Below are positions 1-15,214 of a DNA stretch of 64,000 nucleotides, in pieces (the stretch's first letter is position 1; every line of letters starts with the position of its first letter). The notes beneath the pieces are model-generated. The model did not search any database, was not told the origin of the DNA, and was given only the letters and a program-made list of their open reading frames with translations. The DNA is taken from the NCBI RefSeq assembly GCF_009914755.1, contig NC_060932.1; one strand, written 5' to 3'. This stretch comes from the human T2T-CHM13v2.0 reference genome, Homo sapiens. The position numbers were made by a program, and so were the translations under genes.

Positions 1-155
1 AGCTCTAGACACAGTGTATTCATTTGTTTTCAACCCCATCACCTTAATCTGCCCCATAAAGAGAACACACCTGGCTCTCCTTCCTGTCAAGGTATGATGT
101 GCTGTGTTCAACTGGTTACGTGACATGAAACGAAAGTGTTATGAAAAGCAGAAAG

Positions 156-448
156 TGCTGGGTGCAGTGGCTCACACCTGTAATCCAAACACTTTGGGAG
201 ATGGGGGCAGAAGGATTGTTTGAGCCCAGGAGTTCGAGACCAGTCTGGGCAACATAGGGAGACTCCCATCTATACAAAAAATATAAAAAATTAGCCAGGT
301 GTGCTGTCTTGTGCATGTAGTCCCAGCTACTTGGGAAGCTGAGGTATGCAGATCACTTGTGCTTGAGAGATTGAGGGTGCAGTGAGCTGTGATCAGTGAG
401 TGAGCAATGAACAACAGAATGAGACCCTGTCTCCAAGAAAAAAAAAAG
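156..448 (+). mobile_element. Alu SINE (old, AluJ-like)
   Basis: GCTGGGTGCAGTGGCTCACACCTGTAATCC head, A-rich linker, poly(A) tail; diverged. Confidence 0.93.
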
Positions 449-769
449 AGGAAGAATTTACCAGATGCAGCTAATATTTCATCAGTCCTCTCTGTTCACT
501 GGCATTATAAACCTGAATCCATGATTTCACCATTCACAGATCTGTAAAACAAGAGCCTCTTTGGTCTACAGAGTTCTACAATCTTTATGGCTTAGATAGT
601 TGGATGGAAGCTATTTGCAGAACAGTTCTGTCCATTCGGTTCACAAGTTTTTGGTTATAGCCTGCCAAATGTCCCAGGATTGCACTGAGTATGTGTATGG
701 ATGAGGAGGTGTGTGGGAAGACAGAAAAAATACGGTAGCATTTAAAAGAAAAAGGGAATCGCTTTCCTG

Positions 770-905
770 ACACCACTGGCTCTTGGTTTCCCTCCTACTT
801 TCCTCACCATTCTTTCTCAGTCTCTCATGCTTCTCTTCCTGCCCACACTTAAGATGTTGCAGCCCTGGGAAGACTTCATCCTTAGACCTTTTCTGTTCTT
901 ACTCT
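770..905 (+). mobile_element. L2 LINE fragment (appears to resume at about 3250)
   Basis: CTCTTGGTTTCCCTCCTACTTTCCTCACCATTC...CATCCTTAGACCTTTTCTGTTCTTACTCTA resembles the L2 3' region. Confidence 0.6.
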
Positions 906-3130
906 AAACTATGGTAATTCTTATTTTGCAAGAGTAGATCTCCATGGAGTACAAGAGAAGAGAACTTTCCTTTTCTTCCAATTGCCCTTTCATATCTGCT
1001 CTGTGAGGCTCATTTTCCCCTGATCCTTGAATGAAGTCCAAAGCCATTCTCTCAATTCTGATCACTCTCCAATAGTCAATTGTCCTCTGGTAACTTTTAG
1101 TCACAAAAGTCTCATGAGAATAATTAACATGGCCAATAGTAATAATCAGAATTCCATAGATAATTTGAAGTTAAAACTTTAGTAGTGCTGTACCCCTATG
1201 AACTTTAATAGGGATAGCACCATGTTTAAGAGGCCAGAGAAGAGACCCAGAGCCAGCAACTGAGATATGGGATTGAATGAGGGAAGCTGCATACAAAGCA
1301 GACCAGTAGTGGCAGGCTGGACAGGAGAACTGCAACCGCTTATAAAAACCATGCAACTTACATCACATTTTCACTTAGCACCCTCCCCCTACTAATCTCC
1401 ACCTTGCAATCTTCGTTTAACCCAAAACAAAGAGCCTCCATCCCCTGGATGGCCTGCGTTCCATGGACTGGGCCAGCAGTTCAGGAGTTCCTCATGTATG
1501 AGGAATGAATCTCCGAGTTGGCCACTCCTGGATTCCTTAGCTTGAAATTCTTGAATACACATTACTCTTAGACCATAGGGTCATTCTCAGAGTATGCTTA
1601 AGTTATGCTATTGCTTTTAAATGCATCTGCCATATGCGGTCAATTCTTAGGGTATGATTCAGGTTAAGCTATTGCTGTCAGGTGCACCTGCCATACAACT
1701 TCTCCCTTCCCCTCAACAAGTTCCTCCTTCAGGGTGGAAGTCAACATTAAGAAAGACTAATCCTCTTTCCTACCTTACTATTAAGCCCTTCTCTCTTCAA
1801 CACCCATTCACTCCAAGCCTTGTGATCAAGTTTTTTCTCTCTTTTTCTCTCTCTGTCTCTCTCTTTCTTCATCAGAGCTGTGAGAGAAAAGATCAAAGAG
1901 AGAGGAAAACTCTTACCTGTATGGTACTGATGCATGCCTGGGCATTGACATTCTCTTCATTTAATCTATGCTCGATGTTGATTTTCTCGTAAGGTATGCC
2001 CAGGGTTCCTTGGAAATTCTATCGCCGGGATTGTGCTACTGTACTTCCAGCAGCATGGTGGTACCTCTGGAAGGCCACACATAGTTTCTATCTGAGCTGT
2101 TCTGCTGGTCCCTCTCTCCGATTGACATCACATCATCCCTTTGGATGGTCTTCTTAAGGAAGATTTAAGATGATTGTAGGGTGTGCTCTCCCTCTCCCAT
2201 GTAGCCCTCTTTTGATCCCCAAGAAGCACTCCAGCATCCTCATTCTTACTCTTGATGAAGTGTAGCTAACTCCCTATCCATAATCGTCTGTCTCTGTCCT
2301 GGTGCCTCAAGCTGATAACATAGACCCTGACCTTTACATTCCTGCAGTCTGTGTCAGACAGGAGTCGAAGGTGTCCAAAGTGCACCTATTAAACTCTCTG
2401 AATAACTTATTTGAAGTTACTTTTACTCTTAAACTAGGAGGGGGTTTCCCCTTCTTTGTTTCCTTTTACTGGGAGGCACACACACACAAATGCGAGAATA
2501 CTCCAACAACTTTCTCCTAAGGAAATTCTCTCTCGGAGATTTTCAACTTCAATTTTCTTACGCCAGAAAAGGGATATTAGGTTAGAGATTGCAAGCCATC
2601 TTCTGAAATTTTCTTTGCAATTCCTGCTTAGGTGATCTATCACCTTGCTTTGGGATATGAGGTTAGTTGGCACCTCATTTCTCAGGGTCTCAGCTGAAAT
2701 GAGACAGAATGAGTCCTATTTCAAAATCCTACCATACTCTTGCTCCATAAGCTCATCCCTTCCAATGGCTTTTGCTCTCTGGGGTCATGAATACCGTGAA
2801 ATACACAAAATCAACACTTTTTTAAAATCTAAGGACAGTTCAACCTATGTTAAGGTACACCAAAGATCTCAGATGGGAGTAGTTTTTTGGAAAGAAGCAG
2901 CTGTTCAACAAGCTGCCCCTGAGGTACCCTGGCTGAGTTGGTGCTGGGGCACAGAACCCGCTTATACACTGAATCCTCTTCGTAGAGGCAAGGACTGTCT
3001 TCTTTTCCTGCAGTCCTAGTTTGTCAGGACATGGAAGTTTTTTTGCAGACCAACAAAGTCCTGTATAGTAGCAGACTTCTGCCTCTCTGAATTGGCTACG
3101 GTCAAGGACAAGATTAAATGGACACTAGAA
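905..3130 (-). mobile_element. Decayed Ty3/Gypsy-like internal region (gag-protease relic, MamGyp-int-like), interrupted by LTR47
   Basis: Minus-strand translations across frameshifts give colinear PNMA/Gypsy-gag-like motifs (DTFDSCL, RMRMLECFLG, SRTAQI, ENVNAQ), then a protease-like stretch; compared by eye only. Confidence 0.45.
1181..1697 (-). mobile_element. Solo LTR47-family LTR (ERVL)
   Basis: Reverse complement starts TGTATGGCAGGTGCACCTGACAGCAATAG; 5-bp TSD ACTTT/ACTTC; about 55-bp tandem duplication at the LTR 5' end. Confidence 0.8.
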
Positions 3131-3249
3131 TATTAAGGATTTACTCTAATTTCGTTTTAATTGTGATTTAAAATTACATGCAGTATATTCTTCCCTCTGT
3201 ACCCCATTATTACCCCAACCAATAAAAAAATTAACCATACCTCTTTTTT

Positions 3250-3725
3250 ATGAACTCCAGATCCAAATAGCTTACTCCCTGATGAATAATTTCATCCAGA
3301 TATTCTGAAGTAACTCAAACTTAACATAAATGAAATGGAAATTATGACTTTCCTTTTTTCCAAAATTTGTTTATTATACCACATGTCTTATTTTTAAAAT
3401 AGACCTCATTTCCCACACCCCTAAATCCTAAATCCTAACTTTAACATTTTCAGGTAAAATTTTTCCCTCCTACCCCACAACTGATCTGCTGCCCAATTCC
3501 AATCAACCTGGCCTTCTAATATGTTGGGAGTCTGTCCCCTTGGGATCCTTGTAACAACTCATTTTACATTCTCATCATTTCCTTTGGAAAACTGCATCAG
3601 CATCTTAACTGGCTTCACTGCATTTACTCTCACCTGCCATAACTCATTTTTCACAGAACCAACACTCTAACCACTTTAAATCATGTCTCCCTTACTTAAA
3701 CTTTTCAAAGGTATTCATCGCCTAG
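3250..3725 (+). mobile_element. L2 LINE fragment
   Basis: TGAACTCCAGATCC...CTCAAACTTAACAT...CATCTTAACTGGCTTCACTGC, typical L2 3' sequence. Confidence 0.65.
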
Positions 3726-4104
3726 AGTGATGGTCTCTAAGATAGAGGGTGGACATCCCAGGCAAGCAAAAGATGATTCTTGGGCAGTATGAGAAGAAAA
3801 TATCATAGCTTTTATTTATATATTGTTTTTATCTTTTAGGAAAAAAATAAATTAAGCTTTATTTATTCTATGGCTTGACTTTGGGGAAGTCCTCACCTAG
3901 AAGGTGGGTCAATCCCCATGTGCTCAGGAATGAGAAATGGGAATTCCACAACATGGACGTCTTGACAGTGACCTACTCATTCCCTGGTTTTCAGCATTCT
4001 GCAGCTCATTATAGTTTATATGTGAAGTTATGTAGTTCATAGCCCCTTGTTAAAAAGACTTATGAGATTATTTGAGTTATTTTGAGATTTTATGAGTTAT
4101 TTTA

Positions 4105-4449
<345 letters not shown>

Positions 4450-4556
4450 CTACAATATTACATTGAGAGATAAGCAATTTTTATAGCACAGATGTTATAC
4501 ATTTTCTATAGCAAAGAATTGAAAAGTATTGCGAAACCTGAAGATGGGTTACACGT

Positions 4557-4952
4557 TGCATTAGTCTGTTCAGGCTGCCATAACACAGTTCCTCAGACTG
4601 AATGGCTTCAACAACAGCAATTTATTTTCTCACAATTCTGGCAGCTAGAAGCCTGAGATCAAGGTGTTGAAAGGTTAGTTTTTTTTTTTCCTGATGCCTC
4701 TCCCTAGGTTTACAGGTGGCCACCTCCTCCCTGTGTCCTCACATGGCCTTTCCCTGTATATGCCTCCCTACTATCTGTTTAAATTCATGGAAGTACTCTA
4801 GTCATATTGGATTAAGGACTCGCCCTAACAGCCTCATTTTAACGTGATCACCTGTTTAAAGATCTTATCTCGAAATTTAAGATTATAATCTGAGGGCCTG
4901 GGGGTTGGGACTTTAAGATATGAATTTTAGGGAGATGCATTCCAGCCATAAC
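4557..4952 (-). mobile_element. MaLR LTR (MLT1A-like)
   Basis: TGCATTAGTCTGTTCAGGCTGCCATAAC...CAGCCCATAACA. Confidence 0.8.
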
Positions 4953-4984
4953 ACTTTTTTTTTGGAAAATCATTGGCCTTTTTA

Positions 4985-5308
<324 letters not shown>

Positions 5309-5533
5309 TTATTCTACCTGCCATATATTTTGAAAAAAAATTGAATACTACACTTAAACTGTACACCAAAGATCTGTTTCTCCGGGGTAAATGTGATGGT
5401 TTAAGAATGAGTAAAAAAAATAACTGTTTGTCAAATAAAACCTGTGCTCTGGAAAGAACATTTAAAAATGGGTGTCTAAAAATATTTTCAGTGTTAAATG
5501 ATTCAGCCTTTCAAAAATGAATTAAGAGTGAGA

Positions 5534-5630
5534 TCTCCCCCATGACACAAGTTTGCCTATGTAACAAACCTGCACTTATACCCCTGAACTTAAAATAAAA
5601 GTTAGCAACAAACAAACAAATAACAACAAA
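5534..5630 (+). mobile_element. Extremely 5'-truncated L1PA 3' end
   Basis: CCTATGTAACAAACCTGCAC...AACTTAAAATAAAAG, (AAAC)n tail, TSD AAGAGTGAGA at 5524-5533 and 5631-5640. Confidence 0.85.
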
Positions 5631-5678
5631 AAGAGTGAGAACTATGGTAACTCTCACATCTGCATTTATAACACTGGG

Positions 5679-6110
5679 TGTCATGCTAGACCCCTACTGA
5701 GTCCAGTAGGGATGGCATTATGTCCAGGAGGCTGAAGAAGAGGCTTGGAGACAATGAATGAGACGTAGGCTTCACTGGGGGACATACACACAGGGATAGT
5801 CCAGTGGCAGTGGGCTGGACAGGAAAGCCACTACTGTTTATAAGTAGTATGTCATTTATATAGCATTTTTACCGAGCATCTTACTCCTAGAAACCTCTAC
5901 CTAGTACCCTCCATTTAAACCCAAACAAAAGGGCCCCTGGATGGGTATAGGCCAGGGATTCAGACATCCTTCGTAGATAAGGAGTGAATCTCCAGGTTGG
6001 CCACTCCCAGATTCCTTAGCTCAGGATTCCAAACACACATTCTTCTTAGACCCATAGGATCATTCTCAGGATATGCTGAAGTTATTGCTGTCAGGTGCAC
6101 CTGCTATACA
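5679..6110 (-). mobile_element. Solo LTR47-family LTR (ERVL)
   Basis: Homologous to 1181-1697; TG...CA ends; perfect 5-bp TSD CTGGG. Confidence 0.85.
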
Positions 6111-7170
6111 CTGGGAAACAGAATTTTTAACCCATTTAAAAAGCTTTTAAATAAAAATATTATAGTGGGATATAAACCCATTTGATTACACACGCAGGCA
6201 CGCACAGAGTTTATACATAAAAACACAACATATTCATATCAGTTCACAATAAAACTAACATCAGAGAAGACAGTTTTTAAATCAAAGACATTCTACATCA
6301 TGGTGGTGGAATTGAAAGATAACCATTAGAATTTCATATTTGGACCAGCTTACCCCTATGAAGAGTATTTTTGCAGCTATAGCATCCATTAAAACCAAGC
6401 ATCAAAATGAACTAAACTTAGAATCAGACACGTAAATTACTGTATAACAGAAAATTAAATCAAGATTTTTAAAAAGACACATATTTGTTTTCATTTGTTA
6501 GTGGATAATTTTCAAAAAGATGAAATTGTGACTATCAGACATATGTAAAATGAATATTTGTCATTAAATCTAGTTTATTAATTAATGAGAGAACTGTAAG
6601 ATGACTAATCTAGTTCAAAGGAAAATCTGAAGAGTAGACATATTTATAGGCAATCAGGAATCCTAAAATTAATTTGCTAATAGCTGCAAAACTGGTTGAT
6701 GTCATGTAGGGCAACAAACTGTGTGTTTCTACAGGGCAGAAATCAATTGTATCTCTACTGCAGAAAATCCGTTTGCATTTCTGTGGACAAAAATAATTTG
6801 CATTATCATCAGTTTCTTACAGTTTACAGAGTTGTAGAATAGCCTAGTCAAAGATAATCAAAGGCATGAAGCTCTATAGAATCAAATTGCCCTGAAGGGT
6901 TTGCTAGCTAATGCTCAGCTTTCTGCTGTAAGGAAACCTACTAATCATTTGCACATTTGAGTCTTTTACAATTTTGATGTTGTACTCTCACAAATATATT
7001 AGTTAATAGTACTAATTTTAGTGATATAACCAAAGATTTTGGTGTATTATTAAGTAAATTTAAAGTTATTTTAAAGTGTTTTTCATTTCATTGCTATTTT
7101 CTAACTTTTACATTTACATTTCTGTCTATGCTTTTTAATATACACAAAACAGTGGAACTTGCAAATTTAG

Positions 7171-7458
7171 TATTGTTTGAGATAGACTCACATTGTCACC
7201 CAGGCTGGAGTGCAGTGGTGTGATCACAGTTCAGAGCATCCTTGAGCTCCTGGGCTCAAGCGTTCCTGCCATCTCAGCCTCCCAAGTAGCTAGAACTACA
7301 GGCACGCACCACAGTGCTCAGCTAATTTTTAAATTTTTTTGCAGGAATGAGGTTTCACTATGTTGACCAGGCTGGTCTTAAACTCCTGGGCTCAAACAAT
7401 CCTGCTGCCTTGGGTTCCCAAAGTGCTGGGATTACAGGCATGAGCTACTGTGCCCAGC
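7171..7458 (-). mobile_element. Alu (AluJ-like)
   Basis: Antisense Alu: CAGGCTGGAGTGCAGTGG...CCCAAAGTGCTGGGATTACAGGC. Confidence 0.93.
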
Positions 7459-7749
7459 ATTGTAGGTACTTCATACAAAAGAGCATATATGTGTGGGTGT
7501 ATATATACATACATATATATATACACATGTATATATTGGACACTAGTAATTTAAAAAACAATTTACTAATAAAGATGTACTGTCATAACATTTGGAGATC
7601 ACCACTCCAGAGGATGCAGATCCGAGTTCTCAATATCTACAGAGACTCAATCTCTTGGCAGGAGTTTGAAACCTCTGCTTCCCTTGTCAACTATGAAGAC
7701 TCTATCCCATGCTATCGGCTGGGCTCTTATTCTAAAATGGTAAGCATGT

Positions 7750-9100
7750 ACAAAAAGAAATCTAGATGTGTGCTTAAATCTTGACAAAAATTAACTCGAA
7801 TGGATCACAGACTTAAATGTAAAATGCAAAACTATGAAACTCCTACAAGATAACATAGGAGACAATCTAGATGACCATGGGTTTGACAATGATTTTTTTA
7901 GCTATGACACCAAAGGCATGATCCATGAAAGAGATAATCGATGGCTGAACTTTATTAGAATTAAAATGTTCTGCTCTGCAAAAGACACTGTCAAGAGAAT
8001 GAAAAGGCAAGCCACAGACTGGGAAACAATATTTTCAAAATACATATGTGATAGACGATGTTACTTAAAATATACAAAGAACTCTTAAACATAATAAAAA
8101 AAACCCCAATTAAAAAACAGGCCAAAGACCTGAACAGACACCTCACTAAAGAAGATATACAGATGGAAATCAGCAAATGAAGAGATGCTTCACATTGTAT
8201 GTTATCAGGGCAATGCACATTAAAACAAAAATACGATATCACTATACACTTAGAATGGCCCAAATCCAGAACACTAACAACACCGAATGCTGGTGAGGAT
8301 GTGGAGCACCAGGAATTCTCGTTCATTGCTGATGGAAATACAAAATGGTGTAGCCATTTTGGAAGATGGCTTGGCAGTTTCTTATAAAACTAAACATACT
8401 ATGACCATGTGATCTGGCAATCACACTCCTTGGTATTTGCCCAAAATAGTTCAAAAAGTATGTCTACACAAAAACCTGCATATGGCTGTTAATAGCAGCT
8501 TTATTTCAAATTCTCAAAACTTGGAAGCAATTGAGATGTCCTTTAGTGGGTCAATTAATAAATAAACTGTGGTATATCCAGACAATGAAATATTATTCAA
8601 CACTAAGGGGAAATGAACTATCAAACCATGAAATGACATGGAGGAAACAAATGTCTATTACTCCATGAAAGAAGCCCATCTGAGAAGGTTACATACTATA
8701 TGATTGCATTATATGACATTCTGAAGAAAGCAAAACTGTGGGGGCAGTGAGATCAGTGGTTTCCCGGTGTTGGTGGGGAGGGAGGGATGAATAAGTAGAG
8801 CACAGACAATTTTTAGGGCAGTGAAAATACTCCATATGATACTGTAAGTGTGGATACAACATAGATTTGTCCAAATGCATAGAATGTAAACCCTAATGTA
8901 CATTTTGTATTTTGTATGATAATGATGTGTCAATGTAAGTTAATTAATTGTAGCAAATGTACCACTGTGGTGGGGATTGTTGATTCTGGGGAAGAATAGG
9001 TATGTGTGTGTGGAGGGACCATATGGGAAATCTCTACCTTTCCCTCAATCTTCCTTTAGGTTAGATTTAAGCTTAAATCCAATCTTAAAAAATGAAGTCC
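7750..9100 (+). mobile_element. L1M (L1MC-like) ORF2 end and 3' UTR
   Basis: ORF 7834-8088 resembles L1 ORF2 C-terminus (..FCSAKDTVKRMKRQATDWETIF..); L1M-type 3' UTR. Confidence 0.85.
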
Positions 9101-9102
9101 TC

Positions 9103-9435
<333 letters not shown>

Positions 9436-9878
9436 TTAATCCCATGTATCTTTAATTCAAGAATGATGATTAAACTAGAATGTTTTATATTTTGAAAGAA
9501 GAAAAAATAGTTAGCCTGCCCAAGAACCACACCGTAGTCACCAGCTGTGAAACTGGTTCCCAAAAAAAACTGGAAAAAAGGCTGGCTACATTAAAAGGGT
9601 TTGACTAAATTTACTGGAGAAGAGAAAGCAAAGGAAGGATGTTAATGAGGTTTCTGGAGTCTGGATAAATGCACGTAATTATATGCAGGGGCTTTATTGA
9701 TTTGGGAATGTAGGTGACATAATTCTTCAGGGTTGGTGGTCAGAGCTGGGTGGAGGTTTCAAAGTAAATCTTGAAGGGTCAGTTGCTTGATGTTATTTAT
9801 AGCCCCAAGAAGGTGATCTATTGTAAGAATAAATTGAGCAACTCAAGTGTCAAATTAATAGGTTTTCAGAGAATTCCT

Positions 9879-10340
9879 TATATTAGTTTCCTCAGGTTGC
9901 TGTAATAAACTCCCACAAACCTGGTGGCTTAAATCAACAGGAGTTTATTTTCTCATAGTTCTGAAGGCCAGAGGGGCTGAAATCTGGGTGTTGGCAGGGC
10001 TGCACTCCTCCCACTTTCTAAGGGAGAATCTGCTCCTGCCTCTTATCTTCTTGTGGCTGTCGGCATCCCTTGGCTTGTGGCCGCATCTTTCTCCACTCTG
10101 TCATCACCTCACCTTCTCTTTTGTGTGTGTGTCTCCTCTAAACAACCTTTCTCTCTGTTTTATAAGGATACTTGGGATTGCAATTAGGTCCACACAGCTA
10201 ATCTAGGATTAACCTCTCCTCTCAAAATGCTTAATTTTATCCTATCTTTTGCCCTGTAAGTTATTATCCACTCTTTTGCCATACAAAGGAATATTTACAG
10301 GTTCCAAAGATTTGACACGGACATCTTTTGGGAGATGTTT
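9879..10340 (-). mobile_element. MaLR LTR (MLT1C/D-like)
   Basis: TATTAGTTTCCTCAGGTTGCTGTAATAAACTCCCACAAACCTGGTGGCTTAAA. Confidence 0.8.
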
Positions 10341-10344
10341 CCAG

Positions 10345-11053
<709 letters not shown>

Positions 11054-11574
11054 GGAAGGCATTTCTTGACTTACTACATTCATAAAAAACAAATTTCATC
11101 GACCTGGGAAACCGTTAGTGGAAAAGTCAAATGATATTAATAGAGAGCTTGGATTTGAAATCCTGAATCTGCATGGCTGACTCTAGTTCTCACCACTCTC
11201 ATATACAATCTCTATCTCTTGAAGACCATTCTTGCCCCCTAGCAAATCCAGTCTTTTCAGATGACTGAGCCAGCATGACTGGCATTGTAATTTGTTTGAT
11301 CTGCACCCCACCTGAATTCACCTGAAGCTCTGGTGGGCAGCACCTGTGTTCTCTTCTTCTCTGCTGCCTTCTCTGGCATTTCAAACTTGTTCTGGCACAG
11401 GTAGCAGCAACCTGGAAATGCCTATGGGAGTAACTCTTGACTAATGAAGATTAACAGTTAGCAGGTCAATGCCTCAACTTTTTTCCCTAGTGGCTTAATT
11501 CTGAGATTTATTTTTTTTCTGAAAAACATTCTGTTTTCCTCATTCCTTCACTTATATTTCTTGTTATCACCTCC

Positions 11575-12283
<709 letters not shown>

Positions 12284-12799
12284 CCTCCCAAGTAGACTAC
12301 ACATCCCAAGTGCCTGTCTCAAGGTCTGCATTTGAGGGATCCCTGAGAGACCCAAACAGCATTGGACTCTGCCAGGTCCATCCCTCATTCTGTCTGTGGC
12401 CCCTCTTTCTCTTCTCCATAGAATGAGCTGCTGTGGCCTCAACTGCTGTTGCTGTGCCTCCTGGCCTGGCTCCTCATATTCCCCTGGCCCCCTTCACAGC
12501 ATTTTACAGATATTTTTCACAAATTAAGAAAGAGGCAGCTTCTAAGGAGTCACACCTGTAACACAACCCATGCACCATTTCCCCCTTTCCCTCTGTTGGA
12601 GCCAGTCAGGCAGGAAATTACAGAGACTTTCTCATTGGGTAACATTTCCAGCCTCTTGGCTATGCTAGAGTTCATATGATCATATTCCTAGTGGCTGATA
12701 AAAAGCTCTGTTTTTCAGCTTGCTTCAGTCCTTTTTTCCACATTCACCTTAAAGCCAAAAAATATATAGCAAATATAGCTGGGTTGAAGAACGTGACAA

Positions 12800-13075
12800 T
12801 GCACTAGTTATTCTCTTTCCTCTTCAGATCCACCCTCCTCTATGCCCTGGAGGCTGAGCATGTGTACTGCATTTCCCAGAATGCTTTGCCTTCTGGCATC
12901 TGGTTGGTTTCACCCAATGGACCTCCACATGTAGGGGTGGTCACAGCCTTTCCCAGTTGCTATTCCCTGGGTGCTTCACCATTTCTTAATGGTGTTCCCA
13001 TCTTTGGTACAAGGGATGTTCATAAAATTCTTCTTGGTTAAAACTTTCCGAGTTCCATTTATTTCCTTCCAGAAT
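12800..13075 (+). mobile_element. ERVL LTR fragment (LTR33-like)
   Basis: CAGATCCACCCTCCTCTATGCCCTGGAGGCTGA...CTTTGCCTTCTGGCATCTGGTTGGTTT. Confidence 0.5.
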
Positions 13076-15186
13076 GCAAATACAATATAAAATTGTACAG
13101 ACCAGTACAGTATAAAAACCACGCCACTTTCTTGTAATGTTGTCTGAGAAAAATTACTTAGTGTTTGCATCTGTAAAATGGGCATTCTGATACTTCTTTG
13201 TCAGGGTCATTGTGAGGGCATGCAATTAATATTGGTTTTACTTCTTTTTCTTCCATTCTGGCTCTCATGAAAGAAGCCACAGCCAAAAGAGGATTAGTAA
13301 GCACTGAAATAAGCATATATCTTATCCCCCAACTTACATCACAGCATTGTTTTGTTATGTGTGTTTGTTTTATTTCATGTGAAAACAATTATTTTGTGTT
13401 GACTTTGACACTTTCTCTTGTCCTAACACCAACATTTTCAAAAAATACTGACATTTTCAAACAATGAAATTAACTGTTGCCCAGTCTCCTTCTGATTGAG
13501 AGCCTGCGTTTATTCAGCCTGGTGCAAATGCCTGAGAAAGCATGCTATTCCAACCAGTGGGAGAGGAGCCCAGTGGGACTGTGTCTGCTGCTCCATTCAT
13601 TGTAGAAGTTAAAGTGTGTGTCTGTCTATAAAAATAGCTTGCTGGACATAACTTACACCCCAAACCCTATATCTCCATAAATAACCCCTGGCAGTTTCAT
13701 TACAGCCTGGGGCACCCCAGCTAACACTGACAGCTAACTTAACTCCAATCAATCTTTCTAATGCCTTTCATGGTTTGGTTTCATTAAGACACAAGGCCAT
13801 CACTCACCCAGTGCCTGCTCGGCCACCATGTTGATTTGTGTCTCCTTATTGTGTGGATGAATATGCATCCCAGAAGACCTGAGATTTCCTCAGGAAGACA
13901 GTGCTGCTGAGTGTTCCCTATTTATTGCTTAGTACAAGAATATATATTACCTTTTATTATATGCCCATTAGACAGTAAAATCTGGTGAGGGATTTCTATT
14001 GGAGGGTAGTGAGCACAATTACAAATTTGGAAATGACGTGAAATATACCCTTGCAAGGATATTTAGTGATTTATCAAATGCTTTTTTTTCTAGTGACATG
14101 GATTAATTCATAGCCTATGTGAGATCATTAGGTTCCCCCTTCCCCTCACACCCTTATTTCTGCTTTTTAGGCTTTGTTTAACTCTTATTTATGCCCCAGT
14201 ATATAGCCAAGAAAGGGCCAATTTGAATGAAAAAGGGACTGCTCCTAGCTCTCTGGTAAAATCCCAGCAAAACCAGTGCTTCTCTCTCATTTTCTGTGTA
14301 GAATTTGAGGCAAATATCCAAGTATTGAGGGAGAGAAGAGAGAGAAGAAATTTAAAAGATGCTTCTCTGACAGAGTAACCAGGAACTACTTCATCTGGCT
14401 CAGCACAATTACCTGCAATGTGGTCACCTCAGCCTGCCCCCTACACCGTTCCCTCATAAAATCTGGAGGTGAGAAAAATTGGTAAAGTTAAAGCTTCAAC
14501 CAAGCAGTTTTCGATTACATAGCTAGAATTTACTCAGCAGATCCTAATGGTTCACACTAACCTTGGCAGGGTCTCAGTGGCCATATTTTCACAGTTGACT
14601 TATTTTTGAATAATTTCTGCAACAAATTAGATATGGAAAGCTTTTCCTTCAACCTCAGTCATGCATTTTTTTCTCTTTCTTTCTCCTTCCTTCCTTCCTT
14701 CCTTTTTTTTTCTTGCTTGCTTGCTTGCTTCCCCCCCCCCCCCTTAACATTATCCCTAAACCCCTCTGGAATTTTTATCATAAAGGCCACAGGAGATGTT
14801 ACTCGGTGTTTTTGCCTTCAACTGTGTGTCCATAGTGGATTTTAATAGGTAGACTGAAGTAGGTTTAACCAGTGCTCACTCAAGGCATCATTGAGAGGTG
14901 GATGGAACTTATCTTTCCAGCTGTGTCCCCTCCCTCTAACTTCTCTCTTAGCTTGTGTCAGCAATAAACTCACCCTTACCTGTCACCTCCATCACTTCCA
15001 GATCCCTAGTGACCTTATGCAGTCTACTCGGTTTATTGCTTTCCACTCCAGTCCCTTGCCTCTATGCATCACACACACATAAAACTTGATTCGCATCAGT
15101 CTTTATAATCTCCACGACAAAAATGAAACAAATAACAACAACCGCTTCTAGTTAGTCCCTCTGCCTTCTGAATCAATGATTTATGA

Positions 15187-15214
15187 TGTGTGTGTGTGTG
15201 TGTGTGTGTGTGTG
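15187..15214 (+). repeat. (TG)n microsatellite
   Basis: Direct reading. Confidence 0.95.

Noticed and set aside
2645-3019. Plus-strand ORF with FLRVSAEM, reminiscent of bornavirus N (EBLN)
   Set aside because: Only a few residues match, with no colinear N motifs; the minus strand gives a better ordered Gypsy-like signal
13620-13690. TATA/MEF2-like CTATAAAAATAG as a promoter
   Set aside because: Imperfect MEF2 spacing and no downstream exon or other support
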